The position numbers were made by a program, and so were the translations under genes. From Anaeromyxobacteraceae bacterium (GTDB taxonomy: Bacteria; Myxococcota; Myxococcia; Myxococcales; Anaeromyxobacteraceae): 64,000 bases of DNA. The stretch lies in assembly GCA_047602405.1 (NCBI GenBank), contig JASGHJ010000001.1:544001-608000 (forward strand), read 5' to 3'. The first letter of the stretch is position 1, and the number at the start of each line of letters is the position of its first letter. The notes below the pieces were generated by a model, which worked only from the letters and a program-made list of their open reading frames with translations, searched no databases and had not been told where the DNA came from. Below are positions 10,023 through 19,209 of the stretch, in pieces.

Positions 10023-11474
10023 TTGACGGAGGGAGAACGCGTGTCAGGCACCCGCAGAACGGCCCTCGGCCTCGCGGCGGTGATCCTCGTCGGCGGGGCG
10101 GCCTGCCGCAAGCCCCACGCGCCCCGGCGGCAGCCCCCCGCCCCGCTCCACGCGCCGGCCGCGAGCATGGACCCCGCGCTCCTGACCCTCGTCCAGCGGA
10201 AGGCCTTCGACTTCTTCTGGGACGGCGCGCACACGAGCGGTCTCTCCTGGGACAGCGTCACCGAGACCGGCCTGCCACCCGGGCCCATGCTCGCGACCGG
10301 CGCCACGGGCATGGGGGTGATGGCGATCGTCGTCGGCGTCGAGCGCGGGTTCGTCACGCGCCAGGCGGGCGCGGCGCGCGTCGCGAAGATCCTCGAGTAC
10401 CTGAGGACCGGCGCGCGGCGCTACCACGGCGCCTGGCCGCACTGGCTCGACCCCGCGACGGGCGAGGGCATCGGCCCGGAGGGCAACGACTCCTTCCGCA
10501 AGGGCGACATCGTCGAGACCGCGTTCGTGGCCGAGGGCCTCCTCACCGCGAGCCGGTACTTCGACGACCCGGAGGATCCCGCCGAGGCGAACATCCGCGC
10601 GGTGGCGGACGAGCTCTGGCGCGACATCGACTGGCGCTTCTACTGGGACGAGGCGAGCGGCGCGTTCCGCTGGCACTGGTCGAGCGACTCGGGCTTCGAC
10701 TGCCCCTCGCAGACGCCGGTGCAGGGCTTCAACGAGGCCATGATCGTCTACCTCCTCGGCATGGCCTCGCCGACGCACCCGGTGCCCGTGAGCGCGTACG
10801 CCCGCGGCTGGGCGCCCCCCGGGTACACGACCGACGCGAGCTACCGCGGCATCCGCCAGTGGGTCCAGACGTTCCAGGGCGGCGGGATGAACGTCTCGCT
10901 CTTCTGGACCCACTACTCGTTCCTGGGCTTCGACCCCCGGGCGATCCGCGATCCGCAGCTCGGCCAGGCCGGCGCCCCCGCCGGCTTCACGTATCACGAC
11001 GTGTTCCGGGACCTGAGCCTCGTCAACCGCGCGTACCACCTCGACATGCACCCGGAGAACGGGGACCACGCGTGGGGGCTCACCGCGAGCATGGACCCCT
11101 GGGGCTACGGCGCGCACAGCCCGATGCCGTCGAGCGGCGGCGACGGCGACAACGGCACGGTCGCGCCCACGGCCGCGCTCGGTGCCATGCCCTACGCGCC
11201 CGACGAGGCGTACGCGGCGCTGGTCGCGTTCCGCGCGGTGCCGGGCCTGTGGGGGAAGTACGGGTTCAGGGACGCCTACCACCCGGGGCGGCGCTGGACG
11301 AGCGACCGGTACATCGGCATCGACGAGGGACCGATCGTCCTCATGATCGAGAACCACCGCACGCGGCTGCTCTGGCGGCTCTTCATGTCCCACCCGGCGA
11401 TCGCGGATCCGGCGACCGGGTTGCTCGCGAAGCTCGAGGGCGCGGGGTGGACGATCACGCGGCAGAAGTACTGA
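10023..11474 (+). CDS. Glucoamylase-like/GH144-type glycoside hydrolase (possible beta-1,2-glucanase), probable lipoprotein
   Basis: GATGMG, HGAWPHW, GDIVETAF, FNEAMIVY, WGLTAS, GKYGFRDA, GIDEGP; GAAC lipobox-like. Start could be 10023 or 10041. Confidence 0.8.
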   Translation: MTEGERVSGTRRTALGLAAVILVGGAACRKPHAPRRQPPAPLHAPAASMDPALLTLVQRKAFDFFWDGAHTSGLSWDSVTETGLPPGPMLATGATGMGVMAIVVGVERGFVTRQAGAARVAKILEYLRTGARRYHGAWPHWLDPATGEGIGPEGNDSFRKGDIVETAFVAEGLLTASRYFDDPEDPAEANIRAVADELWRDIDWRFYWDEASGAFRWHWSSDSGFDCPSQTPVQGFNEAMIVYLLGMASPTHPVPVSAYARGWAPPGYTTDASYRGIRQWVQTFQGGGMNVSLFWTHYSFLGFDPRAIRDPQLGQAGAPAGFTYHDVFRDLSLVNRAYHLDMHPENGDHAWGLTASMDPWGYGAHSPMPSSGGDGDNGTVAPTAALGAMPYAPDEAYAALVAFRAVPGLWGKYGFRDAYHPGRRWTSDRYIGIDEGPIVLMIENHRTRLLWRLFMSHPAIADPATGLLAKLEGAGWTITRQKY

Positions 11475-11530
11475 CCTGCCGAGCCGCGTCGACGAGGAGC
11501 GGGCCGGTCGTGCGGCGGGCCGTGGTCACC

Positions 11531-13318
11531 TCAGTCGAGCGGCAGCTTCAGCCGCTCGAGCACCTTGCGGTAGCGCGGGTCGGAGCGGAGGCCCTTCAGG
11601 ACGGGATCGTACCGCAGGTACATCGTGCCGGCGTCGTGGCTGTCGATCGCGCGGCCCAGCCACTCGAGGGCGCGCTCGGGCTCGCCCCGCCACGCGAAGA
11701 CCTGGGTCACCTGGTAGGCCCCGCCCTCGTGGACCCCGGGCTCCGCCACGATGGCGTCGACCATGCGCTGCGAGGCCGCGGCGTTGCCGAGGGTGTGGTC
11801 GATCATCGCGTCGCCCATGCGCGAGAAGAGCACGTTCGTCGAGCGCCGGAAGGCGAGCCGCGCCTCCGGCAGCTTGCCCTGCAGCAGGAGGACGAAGCCG
11901 AGCGTGCGGGCCGCGCGGTTGTTCTGGGGCGCGAGCTCGAGCGCGCGCGTCGCGGAGAGGAGCGCCTCGTCGAGCCGTCCCTCGCCCATCCGGACGATGC
12001 TGAGGCCCACGTGCGCGCTCGCGTGGAGCGGGTCGAGGAGCACGGCCCGCTCGATGGTCTCGTCCGCCTCCCGCATCCGGCCGAGCGTGGCGAGGAGCGC
12101 GCCGTACTGCAGGAGGACGTCCGGGCTCCCGGGGTTGAGGTCTCGCGCCCGCTCGAGGTCGGCGAGGGCGCCGGTCCAGTCCTGCTGCGCGGCCAGGCGG
12201 AACGAGCCGCGCGCAAAGAACCCCTCGAAGGACGCCGGGGCGAGCGCGACGGCGCGCTCCGCCTCCCGGAGGGCCCTCGGCCACTCGGTGCGCTGGTCGA
12301 GGTTGCCCTGATCGGCCGCCCAGAAGCGCGCCCGGGAGAGCGCGGCCCACGCGGGCGCGTAGCCGGGGTCGCGCGCCACCACCCGCTCGAGCAGCTTCAC
12401 CGCCGACTCGAAGCCGTCGACCGAGCCGCTCGAGAGGGCGTCGAGCCCGCGCAGGTAGAGGTCGTGCGCCTCCGCGTCCGCGGTCCGGGCCGGCGCGGCG
12501 GCGCCCGGCAAGAGCGCCACCTCGAGCGCCGCCACCACCGCGCGCGCGATCTCCTCCTGCACCGCGAAGACGTCGGTGAGCTCGCGATCGAACTGCTTCG
12601 ACCAGAGGTGGGAGCCCCCCGCGGTCTCGATGAGCTGGGCGGTGATGCGCACCTTCGAGCCGGCCCGGCGCACGCTGCCCTCGAGGAGGTTCGCCGCGTT
12701 GAGCCGCTGGCCGACGGAGCGCAGGTCCTCGTTCCTGCCCTTCATCGAGAACGAGGAGGTGCGGCCGATGACGCGCAGCCCCTTCACCTGGGCGAGCGCG
12801 TTCAGGATCTCCTCGGAGATGCCGTCGGAGAAGTACTCCTGATCCTTGCCCGGGCTCATGTCGACGAACGGCAGCACCGCGATCGACGGCGCACCCTGCG
12901 GTGCGGCGACCGCGCTCGCCGCGGGGGCGGCCGCGCGGGGCCCCGGGCCCGGCCAGACGAAGAAGTAGACGAGCCCGGGGGCCGCGGCCATGAGCCCCAC
13001 GACCGCGAGCGGGAGCGCGAGCCGGAGTCCGCCGCCGCGGGCCGGCGCGGGCTCGCCCGCGGCTTCGCCCGTGACGGCCGGCGTCCGCTCGAGGCCGCGC
13101 GCGGTCAGATCGAACGACCAGGCGAGGGCCGCCGTGACCGGGAAGCCCAGCCCGAGGACCACCACCACGAAGCTGAGCGTCCAGTCGGGCAGGTGAAGGC
13201 CGTGCATGACCGGCTCGTAGACCTGCAGCACCGCGAACGCCGCCACGCCCCAGATCGCGAGCGCCCGGATCACCCGGCGGCGTTGCAGCTCCGCGACGAA
13301 CCCCCGGATCCAGGGCAT
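11531..13318 (-). CDS. Membrane-anchored TolB-like N-domain/TPR protein; host gene of the group II intron
   Basis: N-terminal ELQRRRVIR plus TM segments, SIAVLPF...YFSDGISEEI...GRTSSF...LEGSVRR, followed by TPR repeats. Confidence 0.88.
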   Translation of the reverse strand: MPWIRGFVAELQRRRVIRALAIWGVAAFAVLQVYEPVMHGLHLPDWTLSFVVVVLGLGFPVTAALAWSFDLTARGLERTPAVTGEAAGEPAPARGGGLRLALPLAVVGLMAAAPGLVYFFVWPGPGPRAAAPAASAVAAPQGAPSIAVLPFVDMSPGKDQEYFSDGISEEILNALAQVKGLRVIGRTSSFSMKGRNEDLRSVGQRLNAANLLEGSVRRAGSKVRITAQLIETAGGSHLWSKQFDRELTDVFAVQEEIARAVVAALEVALLPGAAAPARTADAEAHDLYLRGLDALSSGSVDGFESAVKLLERVVARDPGYAPAWAALSRARFWAADQGNLDQRTEWPRALREAERAVALAPASFEGFFARGSFRLAAQQDWTGALADLERARDLNPGSPDVLLQYGALLATLGRMREADETIERAVLLDPLHASAHVGLSIVRMGEGRLDEALLSATRALELAPQNNRAARTLGFVLLLQGKLPEARLAFRRSTNVLFSRMGDAMIDHTLGNAAASQRMVDAIVAEPGVHEGGAYQVTQVFAWRGEPERALEWLGRAIDSHDAGTMYLRYDPVLKGLRSDPRYRKVLERLKLPLD

Positions 13319-15246
13319 TGGTCGATCCTGGCGCAGTACCGGCCGTTAGGCCAGCCTGGTTCCAGGGCCTCCTTTCAAACCGTGCGTGCGGGTTTCCCGC
13401 ACACGGCTTAACGATGGTCTTCGCGCGGCAGCTTGCGCGGGGTAGCGGACGCGGCCCATGCAGCGGTGCAGGCCCAGTTCGAAGAGACGTTCGAAGGGCC
13501 AAGCCTCGTACTGATAGCGAGTCCGCTGACCACCGCGCCGATGGAGCCAGCGCGTGATCCGTTCGTGCACGTACCAGTCGACGCGGTTGAACTCCCGATC
13601 CGCTGTTCCGGTCCGGAAGTAGTTGGCCCAGCCCCGGATGACGGGGTTCACGGACGCGATGACCTCCTTCACGTCCTTCGCCCCGCTCCTGCGCACGTCC
13701 GTCAGCTCGTGGACGCGCTCGCGGACGCGGGTCATCGCCTTCGGTGAGGGCCAGCGGTGCATGTAGTGCCGGTCGGGGCGCCGCTGGATGCTGCGCCGCT
13801 TCCGGTTCACGCACCCGAGGAAGGTGAAGCCTTCCTTTCCTCGCCTCAGATCGACGATCCGCGTCTTCTCCGGGTGCAGCGTCAGGCCGAGGCGCGCCAT
13901 GATGAGCTCGACGCGCCGCCTCGCCTCGTTCACCTTCGACTCCGTCCCACACATCACGACGAAGTCGTCGGCGTACCGCACCAGGACGCCGAGGTGCTTG
14001 CACCTCTGCGCCCAGATCCGGTCGAGCTCGTGCAGGTAGACGTTGGCGAGCAGCGGCGAGATCACTCCACCCTGTGGCGTTCCCGCCACGGGGTTTCTCA
14101 CCGTGCCCTCCTCCATCACCCCGGCCTCCAGCCACTTCCGCAGGAGCTTCAGCACCCTGCGGTCCGAGATCCGCTCCGCCACCATCGCCATCAGCTTCTG
14201 CTGGTCGATGCTGTCGAAGTACGCCTTGATGTCGGCGTCGAGCACGAAGTTGTGACCCTGGTTGCCAGCCTCGCGGATGGCCTCCAGCGCCTGCGTCGCG
14301 CTCCGCTTCGGCCGGAACCCGTAGCTCGACGACAGGAAGTCGGCCTCGAAGATCGGCTCGAGCACCAACTTCGCAGCCATCTGCGCCACGCGATCCCGCA
14401 CCGTCGGGATCCCGAGCGGCCGCTGCTTTCCGTCTGCCTTCGGGATGTACCGCCGCCTCACCGGGAGGGGGCGGTATTCGCCTGCCAGGAGATCGGCCTG
14501 GATCCCTTCGAGGAACGCCTCGACTCCGCTCTCCTCGATGGCCCGGATGGACTCGCCGTCCACCCCTGCCGCGCCTCCGTTGCTGCGCACCCGCTTCCAC
14601 GCTTCCCGCAGGACGTCACCCCTGCAGATCCGGTCGTACAATGCGTGAAAGCGCCGCGTGCTGCTCCGCTTGGCGGCCACGTAAAGCCGGCGCTGGAGTT
14701 CTCGCACTTTGTCGATGGGGGTGTTGGGCCTCACGGCCATGCCCTCGCGCTTACCCCCAGTGCCGACGCGACCAAAGCAGGGCCCCTTCCCTCCGCGCGG
14801 TTATCCCGCGCCTCACCGGTACTACGGGCCCCTCGGACTCCCTTCCGGCTCCTCGCGCTTTCGACTCCCGTCTTATGCGCTCGGTCTCTGCCCGACGCGG
14901 GCTGCCGGCGAGGGTCTCTCGTGTTCCACACCAATCCTTCGCGACGTGCCGCCGCCCCTACCCCGGGGAGCCCCAGCGTCCGTTCCGGACCAAGGACGCT
15001 GTGCATCGCCTTCGCCGTGGCATGACCGGCTCGGCGCTCCCGAACACCTTTCGGCTGAGGATTTGTCGAGGCTGAAGCGTTCACCTTGTTGCGGCCCGCC
15101 GCTTCGCTTCCTCCGTACGTGAGGCTTTCGACGCACCGCTCGGCATGCCCGGTCTCCCGGACAAGCTGGTGCCTGCTTCCGGGCTCTCCGGCGATTACCC
15201 GGACCGGACTCTCACCGGCTGGATCGGTGCAGCTTCCACGACGCAC
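13317..15246 (-). mobile_element. Group II intron, about 1930 nt
   Basis: 5' end GTGCG at 15246. Domain V AAGCCGTGTGCGGGAAACCCGCACGCACGGTTT at 13409-13377. Domain VI stem ends ACCAAT. Contains an RT ORF. Confidence 0.93.
13346..14740 (-). CDS. ltrA: Group II intron reverse transcriptase/maturase (no endonuclease domain seen)
   Basis: [51 protein letters not shown]. No HNH motif. Confidence 0.95.
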   Translation of the reverse strand: MAVRPNTPIDKVRELQRRLYVAAKRSSTRRFHALYDRICRGDVLREAWKRVRSNGGAAGVDGESIRAIEESGVEAFLEGIQADLLAGEYRPLPVRRRYIPKADGKQRPLGIPTVRDRVAQMAAKLVLEPIFEADFLSSSYGFRPKRSATQALEAIREAGNQGHNFVLDADIKAYFDSIDQQKLMAMVAERISDRRVLKLLRKWLEAGVMEEGTVRNPVAGTPQGGVISPLLANVYLHELDRIWAQRCKHLGVLVRYADDFVVMCGTESKVNEARRRVELIMARLGLTLHPEKTRIVDLRRGKEGFTFLGCVNRKRRSIQRRPDRHYMHRWPSPKAMTRVRERVHELTDVRRSGAKDVKEVIASVNPVIRGWANYFRTGTADREFNRVDWYVHERITRWLHRRGGQRTRYQYEAWPFERLFELGLHRCMGRVRYPAQAAARRPSLSRVRETRTHGLKGGPGTRLA

Positions 15247-15339
15247 CATGCAGGGATCCTCAGCGGACGCGGCGCGCGGGGCGCCAGCCCTGGGGCCCGG
15301 ACGAGGGAGCGGCCGGCCCGCGGCCTGCGAGCGCCGGCG

Positions 15340-16161
15340 TCAGCGCACCAGCACGAGCCGCCCGTAGAGCAGCGCGAACCCGGTCCGCTGCACGTTGCGC
15401 TGCGACCGCGAGCCGGGCTCGGTGGTCACGACGGCGACGTCGCAGCCCTCCCGCGCGGCGTCGGCGAGCCGCGCGCGCAGCAGGGCCGCCTGCACGCCGC
15501 GGCGGCGGAACGCGGCGAGCGTGGCGGCGCCGGCGAGCTGGGCGACGCCGCCGGACACCCGCATCGTCGCGCCGCCCGCGACCGCCCCGTCGACGCGCGC
15601 GAGGTAGCGGCGCAGGCCGGAGGCCGCGCCCATCTGCCGGAACACGCCCTTCAGGAGCTCCGCGTCGAACGCCTCGTGCGGCGCCGGGTCGGTCGGGTCG
15701 GCCTCGCCGAAACCCGTCGTCACCGCCTCGAGCCACGCCTCCTCCTCCGGGCCAGGCGACGCGGGCCGGACCTCCACGCCCTGCGCCGGCGCGGCGGCCG
15801 CGTGTCCGGGGCCTACGCGCAGCCCGAGCACGTTCTCGAGCCCGTGGACCCGGTACCCCCGCGCCGTGAGCGCCTCGGCGTGCCGGAGCGCGTGCACCGT
15901 GGAGAGCTCGACGCGGACCGCGCCGCCCCGGGCCGCGACGTCCGCCTCGAACGCACGCAGCGCCGCGTCGTCCCCGGCGTCGTCGCCGAACCCCCACCCG
16001 ATCACCTTGTCGAACGGCGAGCCCGCGTGGCTCCACGCGCCCGCGCCGGGGCCGAACGCGCGGACGAGGCCTCCCGGCGCGTTCACCGCGCGGGCAACCT
16101 CCAGCGTCAGCGAGGCCTCGGCCGCCTCGATGCGCCGGACCGTCTCGAGCTCCACGAACAT
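15340..16161 (-). CDS. GNAT family N-acetyltransferase
   Basis: C-terminal acetyl-CoA motif ATLAAFRRRGVQ and SQRNVQRTGF. Confidence 0.85.
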   Translation of the reverse strand: MFVELETVRRIEAAEASLTLEVARAVNAPGGLVRAFGPGAGAWSHAGSPFDKVIGWGFGDDAGDDAALRAFEADVAARGGAVRVELSTVHALRHAEALTARGYRVHGLENVLGLRVGPGHAAAAPAQGVEVRPASPGPEEEAWLEAVTTGFGEADPTDPAPHEAFDAELLKGVFRQMGAASGLRRYLARVDGAVAGGATMRVSGGVAQLAGAATLAAFRRRGVQAALLRARLADAAREGCDVAVVTTEPGSRSQRNVQRTGFALLYGRLVLVR

Positions 16162-16226
16162 CGGAGCGCCCTTCTACACCTCGGGCCTCCGGGGCGGCGA
16201 GACCGGCCTCGCCGCCCGGAGGGGGC

Positions 16227-16405
16227 TCACACCCGCGTCGCCACCGCCTCGAGGTAGGCCGCGGGCACGACGAGCCCGTTGCCCCTGCCGGTGTCGTACC
16301 GCTCGAGGAGCGCGGTCAGGTCGGCGGTGAGCGCCTCCTGCCCCGCAGCCGGCAGCGCGCCGTAGGCCTTGTGGATCGGGCCGTACCAGGTGCGGAACGT
16401 CTGCG
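16227..16405 (-). pseudogene. C-terminal remnant of a class I SAM-dependent methyltransferase
   Basis: FRTWYGPIHKAYGAL...LVVPAAYLEAVA is a typical methyltransferase C-terminus; the N-terminal SAM-binding part is missing. Confidence 0.65.
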
Positions 16406-16955
16406 CGACGGCTGGCTCGCGCGCTTCGTCGAGGCGGCCGCCGCGGAGGCCGACGCGCCGCGCCCGGGCAGCGAGGGCGTGCTCGCGCGCCTCTCGGAGC
16501 TCATGTTCGTGGAGGTCGTGCGGCGGCACCTCGCGGCGCTCCCCGCCGGGCGCACCAACTGGCTCGCGGGGCTGCGCGACCCCAACGTCGGCCGCGCGCT
16601 CGCGGCGCTGCACGCGCGGCCCGCTCACCCGTGGAGCCTCGACGAGCTCGCTCGCGAGGCGGGGCTCTCCCGGACCGTGCTCGCCGAGCGGTTCGCCGCG
16701 CTCGTGGGGGAGCCCCCGATGCAGTACCTCGCCCGCTGGCGGATGCAGGTCGCGGCGGGGCTCCTCGCCTCGACCCACGACGGCATGGCGGCGATCGCGG
16801 CGGCGGTCGGCTATGCTTCCGAGGCCGCGTTCAACCGCGCCTTCCGCAAGCTCGTCGGCGTCCCGCCGGCGACCTGGCGGCGCGGACGGCGAGGCCCGGA
16901 CGTCACGTCCGGCGCCGTCCCGACTCCACTCTCCGGACGCCAGATCCCTTCCTGA
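16405..16955 (+). pseudogene. N-terminally truncated AraC family regulator
   Basis: PGSEGVLARLSELMFVEVVR, WSLDELAREAGLSR, VGYASEAAFNRAF; N-terminal cupin domain absent. Confidence 0.75.
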
Positions 16956-16983
16956 GCCCTCACCCCGCCCAGAGGTCAACTCG

Positions 16984-19080
16984 ATGACGCGCCTCGCACC
17001 GCTCTCCTTCGCCCTCGCGCTGGGCCTCGCCGCCTGCGCCACCTCCGAGAAGCCGGCCGTCCGGGCCGCCCCGTCGCCCGCGACGCCGGCCGCCGCGGCG
17101 CCCGCGCCGCGCAGCGTCGACACCTCCGCCATGGACCGCTCGGCCTCGCCGGGCGACGACTTCTACGCCTACGCGAACGGCACGTTCCTGAAGACCGCCC
17201 AGATCCCGCCCGACCGCTCCGCGACCGGCTCGTTCCTGCGGGTGTTCCAGACGGTCGAGGCGCGCAACCGCGCCATCGTCGAGGAGACCGCGCAGGGGGC
17301 CGCGCCCGCCGGCTCCGACGCCCGCAAGATCGGCGACGCCTACGCGAGCTTCATGGACGAGGCCGGCATCGAGGCGAAGGGGCTCGCGCCGCTCCAGCCC
17401 GTGCTCGCGCGGATCGCCGCGCTGAAGGACGCGAAGGCGCTCGCCGCCGAGCTCGGCGGCCTCGTGCGGGCCGACGTGGACATCTTCAACTGCACGAACA
17501 TGTACACGTCCCGGCCCATCGGGATCTTCGTCGAGCAGGATCTCAACGAGCCCTCGCGCAACGTGCCCTACCTCGTGCAGGGCGGCCTCGGCCTCCCCGA
17601 CCGCAGCTACTACCTCGACGAGGCCGCGCAGCTCGCCGCGACCCGCGAGAAGTACGTGAAGCACCTCGAGAAGCTGCTCGAGCTCGCCGGCCAGCCGGAT
17701 CCCGCCGGCACCGCCGCGAAGGTGATGGCCTTCGAGACGAAGCTCGCCCGCGCGCACGGGACCCGCGACGACGCGGGCGAGGTGCAGAAGGGCAACAACC
17801 CCTGGACCCGCGCCGACTTCGAGAAGAAGGCGCCGGGCATGGACTGGGCCGCGTTCCTCGGCGCGGCCGGGCTCGACGGCCAGCCGCTCTACATGGTCTG
17901 GCAGCCCACCGCGGTGACCGGCCTCGCCGCGCTCGTGAAGTCCGAGCCCCTCCCGACCTGGAAGGCGTACCTCACGACGCGGGCGATCGCGCGCGCCGCG
18001 CCGTTCCTCCCGAAGGCGCTCGCCGACGCGTCGTTCGCGTTCAACGGCACGGTGCTGACCGGCCAGCCGGAGCAGGGCGAGCGCTGGAAGCGCGGCCTGC
18101 AGGTCGTCGACGCGGTCATCGGCGAGGCCGTCGGGAAGCTCTACGTCGCGCGCCACTTCCCGCCCGAGGCGAAGGCCGAGATCCAGGGCATGGTCGAGGG
18201 CGTGCGCGCCGCGTTCGCCCGCCGCATCGACGCGCTCGACTGGATGAACCCGGCCACGAAGGCCCGCGCGAAGGCGAAGCTCGCGGTGCTCGAGGTCGGG
18301 ATCGGCTACCCGGACCGCTGGACCGACTTCTCCGGGCTCGAGGTGGTGAAGGGCGACCTGCTCGGCAACCTCGAGCGCGCCGGGCAGTTCGAGTACCGGC
18401 TCGCCCTCTCCCGGCTCGGCAAGAAGCCGGACCGCGGCCTGTGGTGCATGCTCCCGCACACCGTGAACGCGGTGAACCTCCCGGTGCGCAACGCGCTCAA
18501 CTTCCCGGCGGGCTTCATGGAGCCGCCGTTCTACGACCGCGGCGCGACGTCGGCCGCGAAGTTCGCGGCGGTCGGCGCGGTGATCGGCCACGAGGTGAGC
18601 CACAGCTTCGACGACCAGGGCGCGCTCTTCGACGAGACCGGCAAGCTCGCGAACTGGTGGACGCCGGCCGACCTCGAGCACTTCCAGGCCGCGGGCCAGA
18701 AGCTGGTGAAGCAGTACGACGCCTACCGGCCGTTCCCGGACCTCGCCGAGAACGGCAAGCTCACGCTCGGCGAGAACATCGCCGACCTCGCCGGGCTCGC
18801 CGCCGCGTACGACGGCTGGAAGGCGTCGCTCCGCGGCGCGCCGGCGCCGGTGGTCGACGGCCTCTCCGGCGACCAGCAGTTCTTCGTCGCGTTCGGGCAG
18901 ACCTGGCAGTCGAAGATGCGCGAGCAGGCGATGCGCCGCCGGATCCTCACCGACGGTCACGCACTCTCGCAGTACCGCGCCCTCACGGTGAGGAACATCG
19001 ACGCCTGGTACGAGGCGTTCGGCGTGAAGCCGGGGCAGGCGCTCTACCTCGCCCCGGCCGACCGCGTCCGCGTGTGGTAG
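16984..19080 (+). CDS. M13 family metallopeptidase, lipoprotein
   Basis: PGDDFYAYANG, HEVSH, GENIAD; LAAC lipobox. Confidence 0.93.
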   Translation: MTRLAPLSFALALGLAACATSEKPAVRAAPSPATPAAAAPAPRSVDTSAMDRSASPGDDFYAYANGTFLKTAQIPPDRSATGSFLRVFQTVEARNRAIVEETAQGAAPAGSDARKIGDAYASFMDEAGIEAKGLAPLQPVLARIAALKDAKALAAELGGLVRADVDIFNCTNMYTSRPIGIFVEQDLNEPSRNVPYLVQGGLGLPDRSYYLDEAAQLAATREKYVKHLEKLLELAGQPDPAGTAAKVMAFETKLARAHGTRDDAGEVQKGNNPWTRADFEKKAPGMDWAAFLGAAGLDGQPLYMVWQPTAVTGLAALVKSEPLPTWKAYLTTRAIARAAPFLPKALADASFAFNGTVLTGQPEQGERWKRGLQVVDAVIGEAVGKLYVARHFPPEAKAEIQGMVEGVRAAFARRIDALDWMNPATKARAKAKLAVLEVGIGYPDRWTDFSGLEVVKGDLLGNLERAGQFEYRLALSRLGKKPDRGLWCMLPHTVNAVNLPVRNALNFPAGFMEPPFYDRGATSAAKFAAVGAVIGHEVSHSFDDQGALFDETGKLANWWTPADLEHFQAAGQKLVKQYDAYRPFPDLAENGKLTLGENIADLAGLAAAYDGWKASLRGAPAPVVDGLSGDQQFFVAFGQTWQSKMREQAMRRRILTDGHALSQYRALTVRNIDAWYEAFGVKPGQALYLAPADRVRVW

Positions 19081-19209
19081 CGGGCCGGGCCCCGGCGCGG
19101 CCGGGCGTCGCTCCGGGGCCGACCCGTACGGTGTGTGAGGCGGTCGCACCCGACCGTCTGGGGCGCTCCCTTGCGCGCGGGCCGCGCCCCGGGAATGAAC
19201 CGGGACGTC

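Noticed and set aside
11526..14600. 1024-aa ORF spanning the intron and TPR gene
   Set aside because: Low-complexity alternative frame. It is the frame canonical splicing would enter, but it shows no protein-like features.
11531..14740. RT plus TPR gene as a retron, DGR or defence RT system
   Set aside because: GTGCG start, domain V/VI and maturase motifs identify a group II intron; no msr/msd or TR/VR repeats seen.
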